From: an uncultured bacterium | GTDB taxonomy: Bacteria; UBA8481 | Assembly: GCA_964499705.1 (NCBI GenBank) | Contig: CAZCME010000008.1 | Location: forward strand, 62,001-126,000 | Length of the DNA stretch: 64,000 nucleotides | Direction: 5' to 3' | Shown here: piece after piece, positions 9,777-19,458 of the stretch | Layout of the letters: every line of letters starts with the position of its first letter | Numbering within the stretch: position 1 is the first letter of the stretch | Notes under the pieces: model-generated | Told to the model about the DNA's origin: nothing | Database searches by the model: none | What the model saw: the letters and a program-made list of their open reading frames with translations, nothing else | Position numbers and translations under genes: made by a program

Positions 9777-11113
9777 AAGGCCGGAGAATTCTTCTTGTCA
9801 ACGCGCCGCATACAGACGCGGGTGAGGAGATCCGCCGCTTCAGCCGGCCGTGGCCCGCGCTTGACCTCCTGAACTGCGCCGCGCTCCTGCGATCAAGGGG
9901 GCATGACGCGGGCCTTCTGGATTATCGCGCGGAATCCTTCACGGACGGCACGCTTCGCGCGGCGATCCGCTGGGCCGACCGCATTGTCGTCACGACGACT
10001 CCCCTGGACCGCTGGCAATGTCCCACATTGAACACCGGCGCGCTCTTCCGGTTCATCCGTCGATTTCCATCCGAGAAAACATTCGTCGCGGGAACGCATG
10101 GCACGATGAAGCCGGAATGGGTTCTGCGGGAAACCGGTGCCGCGGGGATCATCGTCGGGGAACCGGAGAGCGCGATGGAGTCGCTCGCCGCGGAAGGCGA
10201 TCCCGCGGGCCGTCCCGGCCTGGCGGTCCTCCGGGACGGCGGACTGATCCGGAATCGCGCGGCGCCGCTCGATCTCACGAGCTTTCCCGTTCCCGCATTC
10301 GACCTGCTTCGCCTCGAAAAATACCGCTATGAGCTCCTGGGCGAACGATTTCTTCTCCTGGAAGCCGCGCGCGGATGTCCCTACGCCTGCACGTTCTGCT
10401 CGCGCGAGATGTACGGCAAGCCCGTCCGCCGCAAGCATGTCGACCAGGTGATCGAGGAGATCCGGCGCGCCCGCGTAGAGACGAATTTCCTGTGCGCGTA
10501 CTTCATCGATCTCGAATTCACATTTCACCGCGCCCCCGTCATCGAGTTGTGCGAAAAGCTGCTGGCGCTCCCCTTCCACTTCGACTGGGCCTGCCAGACG
10601 AGGCTCGACCAGGTCGACGAGGATCTGCTGCTCCTCATGCGCCGCGCCGGCTGCAGGCTCATTCACCTCGGCGTCGAGTCAGGCTCGGAAAAGCACAACA
10701 AGCTCCTGAAGAAGGGCATCGCGCTCGACAAGATCCGCGCGCAGCATGCCCTGGTGAAACGCTGCGGATTCGAGACCGCGCTCTTCTTCCTGATCGGCCA
10801 CCCCGGGGAAACTCCGGACGAGCAGCGCGAGACGATCCAATTCGCGTGCGACCTCGATCCGGATTACGCCTCCTTCCACATCGCGTCGCCGTATCCGGGC
10901 ACGACGTTCCACGAGACATCGGAACATTTCGCGGAACCCTTTCCCGCGTTCGATTCGCACCATCACAAGCTCGCCGACCTGGATCAGATGCGCCGCCATG
11001 CGCTCCGGAAATTCTACCTCCGCCCCCGCTATATCGCCCGCTCGCTCCAGCCGCACCGGTTCCGGCATGCGCTCCACGGCGGAGCGGAACTCTTCTGGCG
11101 CCTCCTCTCATGA
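9773..11113 (+). CDS. B12-binding-domain radical SAM protein
   Basis: RGCPYACTFC CxxxCxxC; GEPE in N-terminal domain; GVESG; IGHPGET. Confidence 0.9.
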   Translation: MKGRRILLVNAPHTDAGEEIRRFSRPWPALDLLNCAALLRSRGHDAGLLDYRAESFTDGTLRAAIRWADRIVVTTTPLDRWQCPTLNTGALFRFIRRFPSEKTFVAGTHGTMKPEWVLRETGAAGIIVGEPESAMESLAAEGDPAGRPGLAVLRDGGLIRNRAAPLDLTSFPVPAFDLLRLEKYRYELLGERFLLLEAARGCPYACTFCSREMYGKPVRRKHVDQVIEEIRRARVETNFLCAYFIDLEFTFHRAPVIELCEKLLALPFHFDWACQTRLDQVDEDLLLLMRRAGCRLIHLGVESGSEKHNKLLKKGIALDKIRAQHALVKRCGFETALFFLIGHPGETPDEQRETIQFACDLDPDYASFHIASPYPGTTFHETSEHFAEPFPAFDSHHHKLADLDQMRRHALRKFYLRPRYIARSLQPHRFRHALHGGAELFWRLLS

Positions 11114-11793
11114 CGGGAATCTCGCTCTTCGTACCCGTCCTGAATGAAGAGGCGATCCTCGAAAAGAATGCGCGCGTTCTCCTGGATTACCTCGCGGGCA
11201 CCGGCCGGCCGCATGAACTGGTGATCATCTCCAACGGCTCCACCGACGGCACCGAGGAGATCGGGCGACGCATGTCCGACAGCGTTCCGAACTTCGTCTT
11301 CGATCACATGGACGAGCGGGGACCGGGGGGCGCCTTGAAGCGCGGCATCGATTTATTCCGACACGATCACGTCATCGCGATGGACATGGATCTCTCCGTC
11401 GCCTCGGATTTCATATCGGCGGCCGACCGGGCGCTCGATACGCACGCGCTCGTCCTCGGATCCAAGCAGGCAGGACACCAGAACCGTTCGCTCATCCGTA
11501 GAACGGGAAGCGCGCTCTTCATCGGAACGAGCATCCTGCTGCTCGGACTGCCCTACCGGGATTACTCCATCGGCGCGAAAGGTTATCGCCTCGATTTTCT
11601 AGCGGCGCACAGGCATCTCATCGACCGGGAGACCGGATATGTTCTTCCCCTGGCCTACGCGGCTCAATCGGAGAAGAAGGGCGTCGTCGAAATTCCGATC
11701 GAATGCGTCGATCTCCGGGCTTCCCGATTCAATCTCCCCTACGAAGCCGTCTATCGATTCGGTCATCTCGCCAGGTTCTGGTGGAGCCGGTAG
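11110..11793 (+). CDS. Glycosyltransferase family 2 (Dol-P-sugar synthase-like)
   Basis: MTGISLFVPVLNEE, NGSTDGT, DMD motif; ATGA overlap with the radical SAM gene. Confidence 0.85.
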   Translation: MTGISLFVPVLNEEAILEKNARVLLDYLAGTGRPHELVIISNGSTDGTEEIGRRMSDSVPNFVFDHMDERGPGGALKRGIDLFRHDHVIAMDMDLSVASDFISAADRALDTHALVLGSKQAGHQNRSLIRRTGSALFIGTSILLLGLPYRDYSIGAKGYRLDFLAAHRHLIDRETGYVLPLAYAAQSEKKGVVEIPIECVDLRASRFNLPYEAVYRFGHLARFWWSR

Positions 11794-13529
11794 AGACGGA
11801 ACACCCATTTACCTTCCGATTCAACGCGGCGCATCTCCGTCGCGGTCATGAGAGGCAGGTATCGTTCGGGACCGGGATTTTTGGATTCGTAGGAGATGTC
11901 CCAGTAGCCCGCGTGATAATAGAGAGAATAGCGCCGCGCGGCGTCCAAGAGCCATTCCGGATGAGCCTGGGCAAAGCTCACCTGCGCCGACGCGACATTG
12001 CGGAGCGCCCACATCGACGGCGTATGCGAAAGGACAAGCGCATCGGGCGGCAGCCCGCGGGAAAAGAGTTCGACGGAAGCATGATCGGCCCGGGCCTGCC
12101 GGGCTTCGGCAGTGGGGGACGCCAGCGGCATGACCTGAGGAATCACGACGGGCGCCGCGATCGTCAATGCCGCCATGGCATAAACCGAAGGGTGACCGAC
12201 TAACCGCGCGCACAGTGATGAGAGAGCATCGATACCGCAGGCGGCCAGGATCATGACGGGAGCGATGACGAGAAGCGAAAAGCGGATGTCGGCGCCGTAG
12301 AAATAGGAACCCGCGTAGAACGGGATGAAAACGGCGAAAAAGAGAACGAACCAGGACACGACGACGGAGATCGCCCTGACCGCACCGGCACGCTCGACCG
12401 TTCCTCTTGCGCGAAGGATGAGTGTGACAAGACCGAGAAGACTGAACCAGGACCAGGCGGCCGAGGGGGCAGGCGTCATCCTGACGTCGGCGCCGCGAGT
12501 CCAATATCCCAGGTTGGCTTTCAGATTCGGCAGAACATGACTCACCGCGAATTTCGGCCCGCCCGCTCCCCAATCTTCCCCGGACATCGCGAGGAGATGA
12601 ACCGCATGCGGCGCCAGAATCACGATGAACGCGGCGGCGGCCGTCGAGTTACGGATCTTACCATCCTTGCCGATCCAGACATTCCTGCCCGCCAACGCCA
12701 GAAATGGAAGAACGAGGAGCAGGCCTTCCGGCCGCTGCTGAACAGCCAACGCGAGCATCAGCATGGCAGCATTTGTCTCGATGAAACCTCCTTCGCGCGC
12801 GGCCTCCCGGGCGAGAATCAGCGACCAGACCGCAAGCGACGCGGCGGTAACTTCGACCGCGCCCGTGACGGCCCAGCGGAGATTCTCGGGCCAGAGTGCG
12901 AACAGCAGCGCCGCGAGGAGCGCTCCTCGATCGCGCGAAGCGTCCGGCAGAAATCCCCTCGCCAGGACGGCCATGCCGACGATTCCCATGACGAAGAAGA
13001 AGAGATTGGTCGTGCGCCCCGCATCATCGGGACTGGCCTTGCGATCCGCGAGGTCCAGGATTCGTCCCGTCAGTGACACCAGGAACGGAAACCCCGTCGG
13101 CTCCTTGTTGAGAAGGTAGGAAACACCGCGCCAACCTCCTTCGCTGCCGGCGCGAGGCTCCGAGGCTTCCAGCATCCCCGCGCGCGACTCCCGCGCCATG
13201 GAGAAACCGATCTGACCGTAGATATCCTCGTCGAAGTAGATCCGATGTGTTTCGGGAGGAAGAAGCAATGCCACGAATAGCCCGAGAAGACCCGCGAGAC
13301 AGGCCCCGCTCAGAAATCGCGCATGAGCATCAAGGCGGCCCCTGTTCTTCCAGACCAGCAATGCCAGGAAGCAGGAGAGAAAGAGCGCGTGAGCCGCGAG
13401 CCATCTCGGCTCAAGCTCGATGAGCAACAGCAGCAGCGATGCACGTGGAAGAAGCAGCATGAAGCCCGCCAGGAAAACGGCGGCGACAATGAGAAGCGTG
13501 GAAGTTCGAGCCGAACCGCTCTTCAGCAT
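11763..13529 (-). CDS. Multi-pass membrane glycosyltransferase (GT-C/ArnT-like)
   Basis: YFDE motif after first TMs, RPEG motif, many TM helices; ATG 13529 overlaps upstream stop. Confidence 0.65.
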   Translation of the reverse strand: MLKSGSARTSTLLIVAAVFLAGFMLLLPRASLLLLLIELEPRWLAAHALFLSCFLALLVWKNRGRLDAHARFLSGACLAGLLGLFVALLLPPETHRIYFDEDIYGQIGFSMARESRAGMLEASEPRAGSEGGWRGVSYLLNKEPTGFPFLVSLTGRILDLADRKASPDDAGRTTNLFFFVMGIVGMAVLARGFLPDASRDRGALLAALLFALWPENLRWAVTGAVEVTAASLAVWSLILAREAAREGGFIETNAAMLMLALAVQQRPEGLLLVLPFLALAGRNVWIGKDGKIRNSTAAAAFIVILAPHAVHLLAMSGEDWGAGGPKFAVSHVLPNLKANLGYWTRGADVRMTPAPSAAWSWFSLLGLVTLILRARGTVERAGAVRAISVVVSWFVLFFAVFIPFYAGSYFYGADIRFSLLVIAPVMILAACGIDALSSLCARLVGHPSVYAMAALTIAAPVVIPQVMPLASPTAEARQARADHASVELFSRGLPPDALVLSHTPSMWALRNVASAQVSFAQAHPEWLLDAARRYSLYYHAGYWDISYESKNPGPERYLPLMTATEMRRVESEGKWVFRLYRLHQNLAR

Positions 13530-15202
13530 TTCCTGATCAACGTGATGCCGTCCGCCACGAGCGCATCGAGGCCCGTTTCCAGGAACGCATCGAGCGCGTC
13601 GGGCGAAGTCCTCACTATGGGCTGGCCGTGCGGATTGAACGAAGTGTTCAGGAGGGCCTCGACGCCAATGAGCTTTCCGACAGCCTGTAGTAGCGCGAGG
13701 AATTTTTCCTCTTCCGGTTCGAGTCGGGCTCCGTTGAATCCCGCGGGATCGATCACCTGTGGGCGGCAGGATGCATCCGGGCCGATCACGCCCGCCAGGT
13801 TTTCCGACCCGACCGCCGTCGTGCCGTACAGGGTCGTCATCCATCTTTCGGCGCGCCCATCAAAGCCGGCGAGCGAGCGTTCCGCTTCCTTCCTTGTCAT
13901 CGCAGGGCAGAAGGGCTGGTAGAAGACGCGCCTCTTCTGCGCGAGGTTCAACCGGTTCCGGATGGAGAGATCGTCCGGCCGCGCCAGGATGCTCCGTGCT
14001 CCGAGGGCTCGCGGACCATATTCCATCTGGCCGCAGACCCAAGCGATTGTCTTCCCTTCCGCGATGAATTGAGCAATCTCATCGGGGCTCGATTCCTTCA
14101 CATGAAGGCCGCGACCGGAGGCGCGCGATGCCAGGCGCGCCGCGTTGAGGGTCGTGCCGAGAAAAGGATGAAGGCGCGTCGGGGCCCGCAGCGCCGCGCC
14201 CAGAGCCAGTCCGCCGTCGCCCATGTGCGGAAAAATCCAGAGCCCGTCCAGTTCCAGCTGCTCGCGCAATAACCGATTCACGCGGACGTTCGCGAAGAGT
14301 CCACCCGCGACGGCAAGCCGTGCCTGCCCTGTCATTCGTAACGCGGCCTGAGCGATCTCCACGGCGCGAGTCTCCACGAGCGCCTGCACCGCGGCCGCGA
14401 ATCGCTCCGGACCGAATCTCCAGAGCGTCTCGCGTAGCCTCCGTTCCATGTGCGGAGCCGCATGCAGGCGAAGTTCGTGATCCTTCTGCTCCACGGTGAC
14501 GAGATCGTACAGCGCCTCGCGGTCCGCGCCGTTCAAATCGGCGTAGGCCGCCAGCGCCATCACCTTGCCCTCATCCTCCAGTTCGCGCATCCGAAGAAGG
14601 CGCGTGGCTTCCTCATAGATGAGCCCGAGCGATTCGCGGCCCGAAAATCGAGCCACGATCTTCAGCCCGTCCGGCCGGCCGACAGCAACGGCGCCGGACG
14701 AACCGTCGCCCACGCCGTCGAGCGACAGGACCGCGGCTTCCTCATAACCGGACGTGAAGAACGCCGCGGCCAGGTGCGCGCGGTGATGATCGATGGTGCG
14801 GATCGGGACATCGCCAAGTCCCGCGCGCAGCGACGTGATGAACGCGGTGAGAGCGGAAGCTCCGCGGAACGGCGCCATCAGCGTCATCCCGGACTTGAAG
14901 CGGCGCTTGAAGTCATCCAGCATCGTGGGAGTTTCGATATGCCGCCTGAATGCGTAGTATTTGCGCGCGGCGAGCGGGAGAAACCGGGAGAGAAGCTTGG
15001 CGGGATCCGTCGTGGATATGACTACCTCGTCCGGCGCGCCGGTCTTCTCGATCGCTTCGTGGAACGACTCCGAGGGAAACCCGACATCGAGCTTGCGGCG
15101 CGTGAAACGTTCCTCGTTCGCAGCGTAGAGAACGGAGCCCCTCGACTCGTCCACGACCGCGACACCGGCGTCGTGGCCGTCCCAGATACCCATGCGGATC
15201 AT
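13523..15202 (-). CDS. Carbamoyltransferase (NodU/CmcH family)
   Basis: GHDAG, EERFTRRK, HHRAH, DGVGD, EGKVMALA, EYGPRALGARSIL, LNTSFN. Confidence 0.92.
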   Translation of the reverse strand: MIRMGIWDGHDAGVAVVDESRGSVLYAANEERFTRRKLDVGFPSESFHEAIEKTGAPDEVVISTTDPAKLLSRFLPLAARKYYAFRRHIETPTMLDDFKRRFKSGMTLMAPFRGASALTAFITSLRAGLGDVPIRTIDHHRAHLAAAFFTSGYEEAAVLSLDGVGDGSSGAVAVGRPDGLKIVARFSGRESLGLIYEEATRLLRMRELEDEGKVMALAAYADLNGADREALYDLVTVEQKDHELRLHAAPHMERRLRETLWRFGPERFAAAVQALVETRAVEIAQAALRMTGQARLAVAGGLFANVRVNRLLREQLELDGLWIFPHMGDGGLALGAALRAPTRLHPFLGTTLNAARLASRASGRGLHVKESSPDEIAQFIAEGKTIAWVCGQMEYGPRALGARSILARPDDLSIRNRLNLAQKRRVFYQPFCPAMTRKEAERSLAGFDGRAERWMTTLYGTTAVGSENLAGVIGPDASCRPQVIDPAGFNGARLEPEEEKFLALLQAVGKLIGVEALLNTSFNPHGQPIVRTSPDALDAFLETGLDALVADGITLIRKC

Positions 15203-15882
15203 GCGAGGATCACATCCTTCAGGAGCGAAAGAAGATATTTCGGCGCATCGAGAACGGGATCGATGTGGGAGGAACCTGCTTTCCTGGGACCTTCATGCGA
15301 CGGAACTTCCGCCATGCGCCCGCCCAACTTGAGCGTCCGAGCAATCATTTCCTGTTCGATCGTCGTGCCCTTTGACGTCAGTCTCATGCGGGAGAGCAGA
15401 TCGCGCCGGATGGCCCGGAAGCCGTTCTGAGAATCGGAGAGCCTCACCCGGAATTTCCTGTTGATGCAGGCGGTGATGAAGGCGGAGCCGGCGAGGCGGA
15501 GAAATTCATCGAAGCCGCCGTGCAGCTCGGACGAGCCGCCCAACAGGCGGGACCCCGAGACATGATCGGCTCGGCCTTCCGCGATCGGCAGGATCAGCTT
15601 CGGAATATCGGCCGCATCGTGCGATCCATCCGCGTCCATGAAGACGATGATCTCCCCCGAGGCTTCGCGCGCCGCGGCACGAATCGCCGCGCCCTTGCCT
15701 CCTCCGCCATCGAAAACGACGCGCGCTCCCGCCGTCTCGGCTTCCGCCCGCGTCCGATCACGAGATCCGCCGTCCATCACAAGAACTTCTCCGCCATGAA
15801 CAAGCGCGGAACGGACGACATCCGCGATCGTGGCCTCCTCGTCAAGAGCGGGAATCACGATGGAGACCGGCACACCCGTCAT
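15199..15882 (-). CDS. Glycosyltransferase family 2 (DPM1-like)
   Basis: SIVIPALDEE, DGGSRD, GKGAA, DADGSH, DSQNGFRA. Confidence 0.9.
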   Translation of the reverse strand: MTGVPVSIVIPALDEEATIADVVRSALVHGGEVLVMDGGSRDRTRAEAETAGARVVFDGGGGKGAAIRAAAREASGEIIVFMDADGSHDAADIPKLILPIAEGRADHVSGSRLLGGSSELHGGFDEFLRLAGSAFITACINRKFRVRLSDSQNGFRAIRRDLLSRMRLTSKGTTIEQEMIARTLKLGGRMAEVPSHEGPRKAGSSHIDPVLDAPKYLLSLLKDVILA

Positions 15883-15912
15883 TGATGATCCGCTTTTTCT
15901 ACCGTAACGTTC

Positions 15913-17265
15913 ATGATTATGGCGCATCATACAGTTTCCGGTCTTCTTCTCGCACTCTATCTTTTCTCCATACCCGCCGCAGACGCCTCCGAACGGGCCC
16001 GCGGCGGCTCGCGACCCCGGCGACTCTTCACCGTGAATTCATCCGGGATCACGTTTCAGGCGCGCGGCGACAGCATCCTGCCTCCGAGGACGATGCGATT
16101 CAGCTTCTCGGATCTCGAACCTGGATACTCCCGCGATACGCGGACTCCCGACGACGTTTTCCGCGACCTGATCGAACAATCGGCGCGGATCAGGATTCCA
16201 GCCCAGACATGGATTCTCCACAAGTGGGACGAGCCTCCCGCGATGGGTTTTCGCCGCGTCCTTCCTCCGGCCCCGCGCCCCGACGACACCTCTTACCTCT
16301 TCTGGGTCGGCAACGTGTTCGCGTCGTTCGAGGGGCTCCGGACATCGATATCCGCCGGACTTTACCTGACCAGGCTGGGCATGCCGTTCTGGGGACATGA
16401 CATCGGAGGTTATCTCGTCAACGGCGAGCAGGCGCTCATGAGCGCCGAGCTCTTCATCCGTTGGACAGAGTATGCCGCCCTGACGCCGATGATGCGGCTG
16501 CATGGCCGGTATATCCCGAACGATCCGTGGCTATACGCGGAGCCTATCGCCGCGCAGACGTTCCGCGATTATTCGCTCCTTCACAAGAACCTGCGGCCGT
16601 ATTTCATTTCCGAGCTGGCGCGAGTCGCGAAGGATCCGGGCCGGAGCGGAATCATGACATCGCTGGATACTTCCCCTTCCTACATGCTGGGAGCATCCCT
16701 TCTCGTTTCTCCCGTCGTTCATGCCCGGCGAAACACAAGGGCCGTAACATTGCCCCGGGGAACATGGTGGGATTTCTGGACGGATCACAAGTTCGAAGGA
16801 CCGGTCGAGCTGCCGGAACATCCCGCTCCGCTGGAGATCATTCCGTTCTTCGTTCGCGGAGGATCGGTCATCCCGATGGAACTGGACGGCTCGTATTCCC
16901 CCATGACTGTTCCGACTGATTCTCCACGCTGGGCGCTACGGTTCTATCCGGAGAACGGATCCGCGTCTGCCGTCATTTTCACTCCCCGGCGTATGGATGT
17001 GCACATGAAACGCATGGGAGAAAATCGGAGCCGCATCACGATTATGGGCGTGGATCGCGCGATGAGCCTTATCATCCCCGACATCGACACGCCGCCGACA
17101 AAGGTAATGCGAAACGGAAGCTTGCTCCCGCAAACAACGACCCGGCAGGAGTTATCCGGTGTGAAGTCAGGATGGTTTCATGACGCTCTCCTGAGGCGAG
17201 TGATCATCCCCGTGAAGCCGGGCCCGACCATCACGATTACAATTGATTATGCGTCCCTCTCTTGA
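15913..17265 (+). CDS. GH31-like protein, N-terminally reduced and apparently catalytically degenerate
   Basis: GMPFWGHDIGGY, ELFIRW, PMMRLHG, YMLGASLLVSPV, LPRGTWWDFW, IPFFVRGG. Confidence 0.75.
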   Translation: MIMAHHTVSGLLLALYLFSIPAADASERARGGSRPRRLFTVNSSGITFQARGDSILPPRTMRFSFSDLEPGYSRDTRTPDDVFRDLIEQSARIRIPAQTWILHKWDEPPAMGFRRVLPPAPRPDDTSYLFWVGNVFASFEGLRTSISAGLYLTRLGMPFWGHDIGGYLVNGEQALMSAELFIRWTEYAALTPMMRLHGRYIPNDPWLYAEPIAAQTFRDYSLLHKNLRPYFISELARVAKDPGRSGIMTSLDTSPSYMLGASLLVSPVVHARRNTRAVTLPRGTWWDFWTDHKFEGPVELPEHPAPLEIIPFFVRGGSVIPMELDGSYSPMTVPTDSPRWALRFYPENGSASAVIFTPRRMDVHMKRMGENRSRITIMGVDRAMSLIIPDIDTPPTKVMRNGSLLPQTTTRQELSGVKSGWFHDALLRRVIIPVKPGPTITITIDYASLS

Positions 17266-17295
17266 CCTGAAGCCAAACGCGATGTTTCATTCCTC

Positions 17296-18174
17296 ATGAT
17301 GAAGCCTAACGAAACATCCGTCCGGATCGCGCTCGTTCAGACCGCGTCCGAACACGTGCCAGGCCTCAACCTGGAAAAAGCCGTCGGGCGGTGCCGCGAG
17401 GCCGCCGACCGGGGCGCCCGGATCGTCTGCCTGCAGGAGCTTTTCCGATCCGACTATTTCTGCATCGAGGAGAATCACGCGTCGTTCGCTCTGGCGGAGT
17501 CAATTCCGGGCCCCAGCACGGAGGCTCTCTCCGCGATCGCCAGGGAGAAGAAGATCGTCATCATTGCGAGTCTTTTCGAGCAGCGCGCTCCGGGCCTGTA
17601 TCACAACACTGCGGCCGTCATCGACGCAGACGGATCCCTGCTCGGGCTGTATCGCAAGATGCACATTCCGGACGATCCCGGTTTCTACGAGAAATTCTAT
17701 TTTACGCCGGGCGATCTCGGATTCCGGACTTTCGAGACGCATCATGGAAAAATCGGCGTCCTCGTCTGCTGGGACCAGTGGTATCCGGAAGCCGCGCGCC
17801 TGACGGCGCTGTCCGGCGCGAACATTCTCTTCTATCCGACCGCGATCGGATGGGCGCGCGATGAGAAGCCGGATGTAAAAAAGGCCCAGCACGACGCGTG
17901 GGAGACGGTCCAACGCGGGCATGCCATCTGCAACGGTGTCTTCGTCGCCGCGGCGAACCGGATCGGAACCGAAGGGCACCTGAATTTCTGGGGAGCGTCT
18001 TTCGTGTCGGATCCCTTCGGCAGACTGCTGGCACGCGCGACGCACGACCGCGAGGAGATCCTCCTCGTCGACTGCGACCTGTCGATCGTGGGAGACACGC
18101 GGAGGCACTGGCCCTTTCTGCGGGATCGTCGCATCGACGCGTACGAAGACATCCTGAAAAGATTCCGCGACTGA
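17296..18174 (+). CDS. aguB: N-carbamoylputrescine amidase (carbon-nitrogen hydrolase)
   Basis: LQELF, YRKMHIPDDPGFYEKFYF, CWDQWYPE, YPTAIGW; adjacent to agmatine deiminase. Confidence 0.88.
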   Translation: MMKPNETSVRIALVQTASEHVPGLNLEKAVGRCREAADRGARIVCLQELFRSDYFCIEENHASFALAESIPGPSTEALSAIAREKKIVIIASLFEQRAPGLYHNTAAVIDADGSLLGLYRKMHIPDDPGFYEKFYFTPGDLGFRTFETHHGKIGVLVCWDQWYPEAARLTALSGANILFYPTAIGWARDEKPDVKKAQHDAWETVQRGHAICNGVFVAAANRIGTEGHLNFWGASFVSDPFGRLLARATHDREEILLVDCDLSIVGDTRRHWPFLRDRRIDAYEDILKRFRD

Positions 18175-19295
18175 GCACTCGACGCGCGCGCGTCCCGCGA
18201 CTGGCCGCCGAATGGGAACCCCACGAGGCGACATGGATCGGGTGGCCGCATAACCGCACCGACTGGCCCGGCAAGTTCGCCGCCATTCCCTGGGTCTACG
18301 GGGAAATCGTCCGGCACCTGGCACCCGGCGAAATCGTCAGGATCATCGTCTCATCCGCGGTGCACGAGGATTCGGCGCGGCGGATTCTCCGCCGGAACGG
18401 CGTTCCTCCGGCGAGAGTGGAATTTTACCGATGGCCGACGAACCGCGGCTGGACTCGCGACTTCATGCCGGCGTTTGTCTCACGGGGAAACAAGATCTCC
18501 GCCGTTCACTTCCGGTTCAACGCCTGGGCGAAATACCCGGACTGGCCGCTGGATGCGGCGATTCCTCCCCGCGTCGCGCGAGCTTTCCGCCTTCCCCTGG
18601 TTCCCGCTCGTATCGGAAAAAGGCCGATCGTCCTGGAAGGCGGCGCGATCGACGCCAACGGCGAAGGCACGCTCCTGACAACGGAGGAGTGTCTTCTCGA
18701 CACGAAAGTCCAGGTTCGCAATCCGGGCCTGACGCGCGCGGACATGGAGCAGATCTTTCTCCGACACCTGGGAATCCGGCAGGTCATCTGGCTCGGCAGA
18801 GGCATCGCGGGCGACGACACGCACGGGCACGTGGACGACCTTTGCCGCTTTGTCTCAAGCGACACCGTGGTCTTGTGCGAGGAGAAGAACGCCCGTGACG
18901 AAAATCATGAAGTGCTCCTCGAAAACCGGAAACGGCTCCGTAACATCCGGCTCGCCAACGGAAAATCGCTGAAGGTGATATCCCTTCCCATGCCTGCTCC
19001 TCTCGTCTTCGAAGGCCGGAGGCTCCCCGCCAGCTATGCCAACTTCTACATTGGAAATGGCGTCGTGCTGGTCCCGACCTTCAACGATCCGGCGGACCGC
19101 ATCGCGCTCGGCATCCTGACCAGGCTCTTCCCCACGCGACGCGTCACGGGAATCCACGCGGTCGATCTCGTCTGGGGCCTGGGCACGCTGCACTGCCTGA
19201 CGCACGAGCACCTTTCTTCACCCGAGCTGAGAAACCACTCCCCCAGAAGTTCCCCATCCGATGGCGGGAATTTTAACAGGATGGGCAGGATATGA
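18171..19295 (+). CDS. aguA: Agmatine deiminase
   Basis: AEWEPH, WTRD, LEGGAID, DDTHGHVD, SYANFY, GTLHCLT; start uncertain (CTG overlapping the aguB stop). Confidence 0.88.
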   Translation: MSTRRARVPRLAAEWEPHEATWIGWPHNRTDWPGKFAAIPWVYGEIVRHLAPGEIVRIIVSSAVHEDSARRILRRNGVPPARVEFYRWPTNRGWTRDFMPAFVSRGNKISAVHFRFNAWAKYPDWPLDAAIPPRVARAFRLPLVPARIGKRPIVLEGGAIDANGEGTLLTTEECLLDTKVQVRNPGLTRADMEQIFLRHLGIRQVIWLGRGIAGDDTHGHVDDLCRFVSSDTVVLCEEKNARDENHEVLLENRKRLRNIRLANGKSLKVISLPMPAPLVFEGRRLPASYANFYIGNGVVLVPTFNDPADRIALGILTRLFPTRRVTGIHAVDLVWGLGTLHCLTHEHLSSPELRNHSPRSSPSDGGNFNRMGRI

Positions 19296-19382
19296 GAGGA
19301 ATGAAAACCACTTCCCGATTTTGAACTAATCGCCTTCAATTCCACCCTGAATCGATCCTGCCTATCCTGTTCATCCTGTTAA
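19273..19382. repeat. Imperfect inverted repeat built of 9-nt (A/G)CAGGAT-type units
   Basis: TTAACAGGATGGGCAGGAT ... ATCCTGCCTATCCTGTTCATCCTGTTAA. Confidence 0.75.
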
Positions 19383-19415
19383 TATTGTTTTGATGGGGAA
19401 GTTCCGTCCCTCCCC

Positions 19416-19444
19416 TTTTGCATTTTGCCTTTTGCTTTTTGCCT
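19416..19444. repeat. Heptamer tandem array (TTTTGCN)x4
   Basis: TTTTGCA TTTTGCC TTTTGCT TTTTTGCC. Confidence 0.7.
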
Positions 19445-19458
19445 AGTAGATTGTCTCC

